From NCBI GenBank assembly GCA_963662685.1, contig OY759745.1, forward strand, positions 17,752 through 81,751: DNA of 64,000 bases, written 5' to 3'. A model generated the notes under the pieces. That model was not told the origin of the DNA, made no database searches, and was given only the letters and a program-made list of their open reading frames with translations. Origin of the DNA: Bacteroidales bacterium. Lineage in GTDB: Bacteria > Bacteroidota > Bacteroidia > Bacteroidales > VadinHA17. The position numbers and the translations under genes are program-made. This document shows, in pieces, positions 20,226 through 27,339 of the stretch (position 1 is its first letter; each line of letters opens with the position of its first letter).

Positions 20226-21278
20226 TTATTCCTCCTTAGAAACAACTCCAGTTCCACCTATTATATCACATATTTTGAAAGAAACATTATCTATCTCATC
20301 AACAAGATGGTATGCCGTAAGAAACAGTTTATTACCCTTGGCAAGGGCTTCAGAATCTTTTGAAGAAACGCATTCTATTTTTCCTCCCTTATCAATAAAA
20401 TCAAGGATCTGTCCCAAAGATGACATTATACTTACAAAAAGGTCGTCGTTGTCAGTCACATCATTAATATCGTTCATATTCATCAGCTCGGCGACAACTT
20501 TCCTTGATGTTTTTTCAACAATGGTTTTGGCCTCGAATTCCAAAGCCTCATAAATTTTGTCGTCAAGAGCAAGAACAACGGCTTCAAGCTGAAGCTTCCT
20601 TATTCTTAATATCTTTTTGTACGCATCTATAATGCTAGTCGCGCCATAAGATATGGATTCAAGAATACTGTCTCCTCCAGGTATCTCAATAACCATATAT
20701 TCCTTATCAAGGTATCGTATTTTTGGTTTGATCTCAGATGCGCTGATCAAACAGGAGTAATCCCGTATAATCTTGTCCCATATCCTCGCATATCTCTCTA
20801 TATCACCGATAGAGTTGATACCCGCGCTTCCCTCAAATATCAAAGTCAACAAGGATTTGCCATTATCCGGTTCCTTTTCGTCAACAAACAGCTTTAACAG
20901 GTCAGTATCGGTATGTTTCAACTTGTTGATCTCATCTATCATTATTGTGATCTGCTGTAATAATCCCGCAGGATTAGTCCTGTTGGTCTCAAAAATATGA
21001 ACAAGATTCCTGGCGCCCCTTTCACCAACGACTCCATATTTATCGATTTTAGCCAGCATCCTGAATCGTGAATACAACCAGTCAGCTGACTCGATACCCG
21101 TCAAGTCGTCGATCAATCCTGCTTTAGATTTTTCAATATCAACAATAAGATTTTCACTTCCAGACTTGGATATCATCCGAACCATTTCCAGCAGTCCGTC
21201 AAATTTTGAAACAAGTTGTTTCGATTCTATCTGCCTTTTTATGTGATCAATTAGATCAATGGTCGCTTGTGCCAGCAT
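20226..21278 (-). CDS. Hypothetical soluble protein, unrecognised family (paralog B); between cheD and cheB
   Basis: Paralog of 11739-12767. The ATG at 21278 (MLAQATIDLIDH...) aligns with the paralog A N-terminus (MRIQTTIDLIDH...). The track start at 21323 is a TTG. The gene overlaps the cheD 3' end by 23 nt. Confidence 0.8.
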   Translation of the reverse strand: MLAQATIDLIDHIKRQIESKQLVSKFDGLLEMVRMISKSGSENLIVDIEKSKAGLIDDLTGIESADWLYSRFRMLAKIDKYGVVGERGARNLVHIFETNRTNPAGLLQQITIMIDEINKLKHTDTDLLKLFVDEKEPDNGKSLLTLIFEGSAGINSIGDIERYARIWDKIIRDYSCLISASEIKPKIRYLDKEYMVIEIPGGDSILESISYGATSIIDAYKKILRIRKLQLEAVVLALDDKIYEALEFEAKTIVEKTSRKVVAELMNMNDINDVTDNDDLFVSIMSSLGQILDFIDKGGKIECVSSKDSEALAKGNKLFLTAYHLVDEIDNVSFKICDIIGGTGVVSKEE

Positions 21279-21762
21279 AATATATATTTTGTATCTGTTT
21301 TTCGATATATCTGTGAATAACAACGCCCTTACAAGTATCGAAAGCTATTTTTCTCCCTTGGGCGCCCCCTGTACACGCCCCGGCAATCCTGATATTATAC
21401 TGCTTGAGCGTTTCCATGGCGACTTCAATATTTCTTTCTCCGATGTTAAACTGTGAGGCCATTGTCTGCAGTACTTCTCCTCCTCCAAAAACCTTTGCTA
21501 TTATGTTCCTCCTGTCACATCCAATCTCAAGCATCTTATCTAGCAGTTTTATTATAGCTATGTTTCCAAACTTGGGAGACGCAAGTCCCTGCCCATTCCA
21601 GAGAGGCAGCATATAATGGTTAATTCCGCCATATTCAAGTATTGGATCCCACAAACAAACCGACACGCATGAACCTAATATAGTGGTAACCATGGTCGGC
21701 TTCTTTGAGGCAAACAGTGTCGATGGAAAAAGAAAATGATCTGTATAATCGACCCGTTCCAT
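21256..21762 (-). CDS. cheD: CheD chemoreceptor glutamine deamidase
   Basis: MVTTILGSCVSVCLWDPILEYGGINHYMLP...KVFGGG...IGERNIE, the CheD signature with catalytic Cys/His context. Confidence 0.85.
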   Translation of the reverse strand: MERVDYTDHFLFPSTLFASKKPTMVTTILGSCVSVCLWDPILEYGGINHYMLPLWNGQGLASPKFGNIAIIKLLDKMLEIGCDRRNIIAKVFGGGEVLQTMASQFNIGERNIEVAMETLKQYNIRIAGACTGGAQGRKIAFDTCKGVVIHRYIEKQIQNIYYAGTSDH

Positions 21763-22643
21763 CAGAAAACCTCATTACGTGACGAAATCTCCGAGCCCTC
21801 TTCCCCAAAAAGATCATAGATACTTGTAACGTCCGCAGCTTCAGGGATATATAATCTGAATTCTGACCCCTGTCCGATATGGCTTGTCAACGATATGTTG
21901 CCATCAAGCAGTTCTGTCAGCGACCTGACTATCGCCAATCCGAGACCATGCCCCCTGTTCAGAGAATTTATCCTGTCGTCGACCCTCTTGAACCTGTCAA
22001 AAATCAGCTCTTTATTATCCTCCTCAATACCAATTCCGTCATCCCTTACAGCTACCATTATTCCTTCGCCACATTTTTCCATATTAACACTGACACGCCC
22101 GTTTTCAGTATATTTTACGGCATTACTTATTAGATTGGAGATAATAAGCTTTATTTTTTCTTCATCGATATAAAAAAAACTGTCAGGTAAACCTTTCGCC
22201 AGTACCAGGGAGACGTTCCTGCTGTCCGCTTCATGCCTGAAAGAGTCCATAATATTGTTAATAATCTCTACAATATTAACTTTTGACGCCTCTATATATA
22301 GTTCCCCTGCCTCAATCTTTGCACTGGCAAAAATATTTTTAAGCTGAAAATCAAGGCTGAAAGCTTCATCATAGATCAATCTGATCATATTGTATACTTT
22401 CTCCGGGACTAAACTCTTCATCATCAAGAGGTTTCTCGATAAGCCCAATATTGATGCGAAGGGATTGATTATCTCATTTGTTATGCTGGAAATAAAATGA
22501 GTCTTAAGTGCCTCTGATTCTACTAATTTTTCATTGGCGCTGACAAGCTCCTTTGACAATTCCTGTTGCTCCAAGAGCATATTTTTATACTCGCTGAACC
22601 TGCGTTCAAGTTCGTTCAATAGCTGTTCCTCCGAGATTTTCAT
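21762..22643 (-). CDS. Cytoplasmic histidine-kinase-like protein (coiled coil, DHp, HATPase_c) with the phospho-acceptor His replaced by Asn
   Basis: The H-box region KTHFISSITNEIINPFASILG aligns in register with the canonical [21 protein letters not shown], giving H->N. The CA domain looks intact: N-box NLISNAVKYT, G1 DDGIGI, F IFDRFKRV, G2 GHGLGLAIV. The C-terminus is ...SRNEVF. Confidence 0.8.
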   Translation of the reverse strand: MKISEEQLLNELERRFSEYKNMLLEQQELSKELVSANEKLVESEALKTHFISSITNEIINPFASILGLSRNLLMMKSLVPEKVYNMIRLIYDEAFSLDFQLKNIFASAKIEAGELYIEASKVNIVEIINNIMDSFRHEADSRNVSLVLAKGLPDSFFYIDEEKIKLIISNLISNAVKYTENGRVSVNMEKCGEGIMVAVRDDGIGIEEDNKELIFDRFKRVDDRINSLNRGHGLGLAIVRSLTELLDGNISLTSHIGQGSEFRLYIPEAADVTSIYDLFGEEGSEISSRNEVF

Positions 22644-22673
22644 TATTGTATATATTAGATATTTAATACCGCA

Positions 22674-24707
22674 TCATTCTCTATATGAAAACGAACTGAT
22701 TATTTTATTGGGGTCCAGCAATAGGGCAACGGTTCCATCACCCAGAATAGTAGCCCCAGAAATCAGTTCCTGTTGTTTGTACATCAAACCGAGAGTCTTC
22801 AGAACCGCCTGATATTCACCAATAACGTGATCCACTGCCAGTCCAAAAAAAGTATCCCCCTGTCTTATCACTACAACTTCCTCATTAGCAGGAGACTCGG
22901 TTTTGATATTGAACTCTTTCCTAAGATATATGAAAGGTATATGTCCGTCATTGACATAAATAAGATTATTGACCGGGTTTATCAGTTCCTGGTGTTTAAA
23001 CTCCATGCACTTGTTAACAAAATTCAGGGGAATAACAAAAAACGAGTTATCTATACTTACAAGGAGCCCATCAATAATTGAAAGAGTCAATGGAAGTTTT
23101 AATATTATGGTCGTTCCTTTGTCAATTTCGGATTTTATTTCCACTTCCCCCCTGAGTTCGGATATTTTTCTCTTAACCACATCCATACCCACGCCCCTGC
23201 CTGAAATTTTCGTTATGCTTTCGGAAGTAGAAAAACCCGGAAGGAAAATAAAATCCAAAATATCCTTGCCGGCCACATCCTCATCAGAAGAAATAAGGCC
23301 TGAATCCAATGCGCGTTTTTTTATTCTTACCGGATCTATTCCTTTTCCATCGTCGGAGATCTCCATAATAACGTTAGCCCCAGAATAATAAGCTTTCAGT
23401 CTTATTTCTCCACGTTGAGGTTTACCCTTTTCCTTCCTGACTTCAGGGCATTCAATACCATGATCAATACTGTTCCTAATAATATGCATTATAGGGTCCA
23501 CCAATCCTTCTATCATATTTTTGTCCATTTCAGTATCGGTTCCTTCTGTCTGAAAGGCGATATCTTTGTTCATCTCATTTGACAACTCCCTTACCAGGCG
23601 TTGAAAACGGGTAACCATATTTTCAACAGGAATAAGCCTAATGCCAAAAGTATTATCCCTCAACCGGCGGGTGATCTTTTCGATATCCTCAGAAAGCTGC
23701 ATCAGTTCTTTATTATCAATACGCTCTGAAACAAGGGAAAGTCCGGCCTGACGTGTTACCAACTCACTTACAAGATTGATAAGTTCATCCAGCTTATCTG
23801 AAGAAACGCGTATGCTTGATATATTATTTTCTCTGATCGCCCTCTGGACTTTTTCAGTATGCTCCTCTGGTACCGGACCAACTTTATTAGGTTTGCGTCC
23901 CTCCGCGATACCTTCAATATCTGATACCTGTATCTTGTCTGAAGTAACCGCCGCATCGAGAAGCTTAATGAATTCCTCATCAGACAAAAGATCCTTGTCG
24001 CTTATCTTCTTAATCAACAGATTACAATCAAGATCCACAAAAATGAAAACATCCCGTATATCCTTCTCCGACACCTCGGTTGACAGAACAATTACCCAGG
24101 ACACATAACATGAATGGACGTCGAGTTCCGCGAAATCAGGTATTTTCGCAAGTCCCGGAATCACCCTGGATGTTCCTAGAGTTGTCAGTTCCTTAACGGT
24201 AAGTAACGGATTCGTACCATTTTTCAAAATATCTTTTTTCGGTTCAAAGCAGATATAATATGTTGACTTCCCCCCCATGATGGTACCGGATGTTTTTTCA
24301 TTGCTTTCATTTCCTTCATCATTTCCGGTATTTGGGCCCAATAGTCCGGCTATAGACTTCAACAACATCTCATGATTATCCAAAGTCTCAGGGGACAACT
24401 TATCATCCTCACTAAGCAGAACTTTAATATGGTCAATCGATTTAAATGTAATGTCCATAAAATGGTCGGTTACAATATCCTGACCACTTCTTATCCTGTC
24501 AAAGGCGGATTCCATCTGGTGGGTAAAAAAATCAATCTTATCAAAACCAAACATAGCGCTGGCGCCCTTAAGTGAATGCATTGCCCTGAAGATAACTTCA
24601 ATATGCTCTTCATTAGTAGGATCTTCGCTAAGTTTAAGAGAGGATTTTTCTAGATCCAGAATAAGATCAAGAGCCTCTTCAATAAATTTGTACTTGAATT
24701 GTTCCAT
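22674..24707 (-). CDS. cheA: CheA histidine kinase
   Basis: Hpt H-box AMHSLKGASAMFGF. Kinase motifs: HIIRNSIDHGIE, DDGKGID, GRGVGMDVV. A C-terminal CheW-like domain is present. Confidence 0.95.
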   Translation of the reverse strand: MEQFKYKFIEEALDLILDLEKSSLKLSEDPTNEEHIEVIFRAMHSLKGASAMFGFDKIDFFTHQMESAFDRIRSGQDIVTDHFMDITFKSIDHIKVLLSEDDKLSPETLDNHEMLLKSIAGLLGPNTGNDEGNESNEKTSGTIMGGKSTYYICFEPKKDILKNGTNPLLTVKELTTLGTSRVIPGLAKIPDFAELDVHSCYVSWVIVLSTEVSEKDIRDVFIFVDLDCNLLIKKISDKDLLSDEEFIKLLDAAVTSDKIQVSDIEGIAEGRKPNKVGPVPEEHTEKVQRAIRENNISSIRVSSDKLDELINLVSELVTRQAGLSLVSERIDNKELMQLSEDIEKITRRLRDNTFGIRLIPVENMVTRFQRLVRELSNEMNKDIAFQTEGTDTEMDKNMIEGLVDPIMHIIRNSIDHGIECPEVRKEKGKPQRGEIRLKAYYSGANVIMEISDDGKGIDPVRIKKRALDSGLISSDEDVAGKDILDFIFLPGFSTSESITKISGRGVGMDVVKRKISELRGEVEIKSEIDKGTTIILKLPLTLSIIDGLLVSIDNSFFVIPLNFVNKCMEFKHQELINPVNNLIYVNDGHIPFIYLRKEFNIKTESPANEEVVVIRQGDTFFGLAVDHVIGEYQAVLKTLGLMYKQQELISGATILGDGTVALLLDPNKIISSFSYRE

Positions 24708-24814
24708 TATAAGTTTCTATTCCTCAAAGTGACTAATGCGTTAAAATGTCCACATACTGATCTGTCTCCGGGTAACACTATTGAATGCGTTTCAGATCAG
24801 TTGATCATTTTGGT

Positions 24815-25180
24815 TCAGTTAAGCACCTTGTAAATAGCGCTTATAAGCTTGGCGGGTACAAAAGGTTTAATGATCCACCCAGTAGCACCGGCATCCCTGG
24901 CTTCAAGTTTCTTTTCCACCTGAGATTCGGTGGTAAGGAACAAAATAGGAATCAGCTTATAGTTCTCGTTATTTCTAACTGCCTTAATCAGCTCAATACC
25001 ATTCATAACTGGCATGTGTAAATCAGTTATAATAAGATCAATCTTATCGCCGTTAAGGAATTTAAGAGCGTCGTGTCCGTTAATCCCCACTTTTACCTTG
25101 AACCCCTCGTTCTCTAGAGTAAAAGAGACCACTTCTCTTATACTCTCTGAATCATCTACGATTAAAATAGTTCGTTCCAT
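24815..25180 (-). CDS. cheY: CheY single-domain response regulator
   Basis: ILIVDDSE, IITDLHMPVMNG, LFLTTES and WIIKPF: all receiver signature residues are present. Confidence 0.9.
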   Translation of the reverse strand: MERTILIVDDSESIREVVSFTLENEGFKVKVGINGHDALKFLNGDKIDLIITDLHMPVMNGIELIKAVRNNENYKLIPILFLTTESQVEKKLEARDAGATGWIIKPFVPAKLISAIYKVLN

Positions 25181-25198
25181 GTTTGAAGTAATATATTA

Positions 25199-25525
25199 TT
25201 ATTGCCTAATGTTTATCATGTCCCCAAATCCGGTATTACACATAAGATCAACCACATAAATTTCATCATCGCAATTAATCAACAACGATTGCCCCATATC
25301 TGCCAACTTTTTTCGATATGAGTAAAGCACCTGTATGCTGGTCAGGTCATATGAATCTATATTTCTAAGGTCAATTACGACATTGCTCCCATCCGGGTTC
25401 AACGATTCAAGGGCATGTTTCAGATTAATTATTTCCTTTACTGCGATATCGCCCTCAAGTTTAATATGATAAAGGTTATCGCTTTCATTTGTACCCGATT
25501 GTATTTTGAATCCTGTATTACTCAT
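25199..25525 (-). CDS. STAS-domain protein (anti-sigma-antagonist-like)
   Basis: The 108-aa ORF has the pattern IKLEGDIAVKEI...VVIDLRNIDSYDLTSIQVLYSYRKKL. The Ser in IDS sits at the position phosphorylated in SpoIIAA/RsbV-type proteins. Confidence 0.7.
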   Translation of the reverse strand: MSNTGFKIQSGTNESDNLYHIKLEGDIAVKEIINLKHALESLNPDGSNVVIDLRNIDSYDLTSIQVLYSYRKKLADMGQSLLINCDDEIYVVDLMCNTGFGDMINIRQ

Positions 25526-25537
25526 GTTTACATATAA

Positions 25538-27322
25538 TTAAAACAGCTCTATATCATAATCATCCGTATTATCCTTCGCGGAAATGCTATCGGTGAAACC
25601 ATCGTTTATAACCTGATCATGAACAATCCTTTCGCTAGCTACCGTATAAAACACTTCCATCTCTTTGAGATTCTTCTCTTTCAGACTTTTACAACTACTT
25701 TCCCCATCTTTTTTCAACCGATAGTTAATCATATCTAACTTGCCAATAATATTAGCCAGAAGTTTTTCGAATAATTCATTATAATCGGCCTGGTTCAATA
25801 TGTTCTTCAGACGATCCATAACGTCTTTCTTGATGCTTCCATTCTCAACTATAACTGCATCCATATTTTTGCCTTCAACATCAAGCTGATCAAGTACTTT
25901 ACTGACTTTGACCATGACTTTTATCTGTTCTTCTTCAAGAGAGGTCCTAAAACCCGAATTATCGAACTTAACCTGGAATGCTTCCGATAATCCTCTAAAC
26001 TCTGACAATTCCTTCTCCATTTCAGAATTTTTTTCGAAAATATCTCCGATCAATGATGCTATTTGAACCACTATATTGGGCTTTTCTGCAGCATTATTCC
26101 TTGAAAAAACACTTATAGGTATTCCCGGTTCAAGATTTTTCAAAGGCCTAGTCAATGATTTATTCGCTTTATCGCAAACCTTATCGACCAAACCCCTAAT
26201 ACTAAGCAAGTCAGCATTAAATATATTCGAATTGTATTCATCAAGAACCATAAGGAACCTGTCGAGCCGACCTTTCACGACATTTAATAGAGTTGTCCCG
26301 GAATCGGATTCATCCAGAGAAAATTCATGCGAAACCGTTGATACCATAGTAATATCACCAGCAATCTTCTGGAAATTCCGGGAAATGACATCAAGGGCAT
26401 TCTGATACTCCTTTGAGATAAGAATCAGTTGAGCCGACTGGAGTCCGGAAAGGTCGGCTATAAGCGACAATATATCATCATCATCGCTGATAATTATGTC
26501 GCCGCCATGTTCATCAAGCTTAGCCACCAGTTTCGCCGTGATTTTCTCGTGCGACTCATGGATATGCTCTATTTTCTGCCTTATTATATCATGATACTGC
26601 AGGTGCTTGATAATATTGGCAATAGAATCTGTCGTACTTTTCAACTTTTCCCTGATTTCTGGAACATACATCCTTGATTCCATCTTTTTCTTTTTTATCA
26701 ATGAAATAGACGATTTCAGTTCTTCAAAAAAAACCGCATTTATGGCAATACATTTTTGTGAATGCGACCTTACGGCATCGTTCAGAGTTTCCAGTTTTTT
26801 TCTGACAATAACAGTATGCTCATCGAGTACCGTCAAACAGGCAAGAATACCGTCAACATACTTTTCCCATCTGTTTATTTCACCCAAAGCAATAACCGAC
26901 AGCTCCTCGTTTCTTGAAATGACTTTATAATTTGAGAACAGAAATTTCAGTGTCAGCATATCCTGCTTCATATTTCTTATCAGCAACAAAATACTATCAG
27001 CCTTAGCGTTAAGCTTTGACTCTGTCATAAGATTTACATCCAGTTCATTCTCGGTGCCAGATCTGAAATCAACATATTCATCAAATATGTCGTACAATTC
27101 GGATGAAAAAGAGTAATCACCGTTATCCGCTATCGAATCAAATATATGTGTCGCATTGGACGTAACTGTGTTATTCTTTTTAGAATAGTCTTTCAGAAAA
27201 CTATTTAAATGCATAAACACCTGCGATGAACTGTCATATAGTTCACGGATTATCAAGTCAATATCATGAAAGACTCCAAGAAGCTCTCCAATTTTAATAT
27301 ACCTGTCGTCCTGTTTCAACAT
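25538..27322 (-). CDS. Hypothetical 594-aa helical protein with an HDxxxQ motif and an acidic C-terminal tail
   Basis: The ORF has no TM helix or signal peptide. The central segment is IIKHLQYHDIIRQKIEHIHESHEKI and the C-terminus is ...KDNTDDYDIELF. It sits 12 nt upstream of the STAS gene. Confidence 0.8.
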   Translation of the reverse strand: MLKQDDRYIKIGELLGVFHDIDLIIRELYDSSSQVFMHLNSFLKDYSKKNNTVTSNATHIFDSIADNGDYSFSSELYDIFDEYVDFRSGTENELDVNLMTESKLNAKADSILLLIRNMKQDMLTLKFLFSNYKVISRNEELSVIALGEINRWEKYVDGILACLTVLDEHTVIVRKKLETLNDAVRSHSQKCIAINAVFFEELKSSISLIKKKKMESRMYVPEIREKLKSTTDSIANIIKHLQYHDIIRQKIEHIHESHEKITAKLVAKLDEHGGDIIISDDDDILSLIADLSGLQSAQLILISKEYQNALDVISRNFQKIAGDITMVSTVSHEFSLDESDSGTTLLNVVKGRLDRFLMVLDEYNSNIFNADLLSIRGLVDKVCDKANKSLTRPLKNLEPGIPISVFSRNNAAEKPNIVVQIASLIGDIFEKNSEMEKELSEFRGLSEAFQVKFDNSGFRTSLEEEQIKVMVKVSKVLDQLDVEGKNMDAVIVENGSIKKDVMDRLKNILNQADYNELFEKLLANIIGKLDMINYRLKKDGESSCKSLKEKNLKEMEVFYTVASERIVHDQVINDGFTDSISAKDNTDDYDIELF

Positions 27323-27339
27323 ATATGCTTGTCTTTTTA

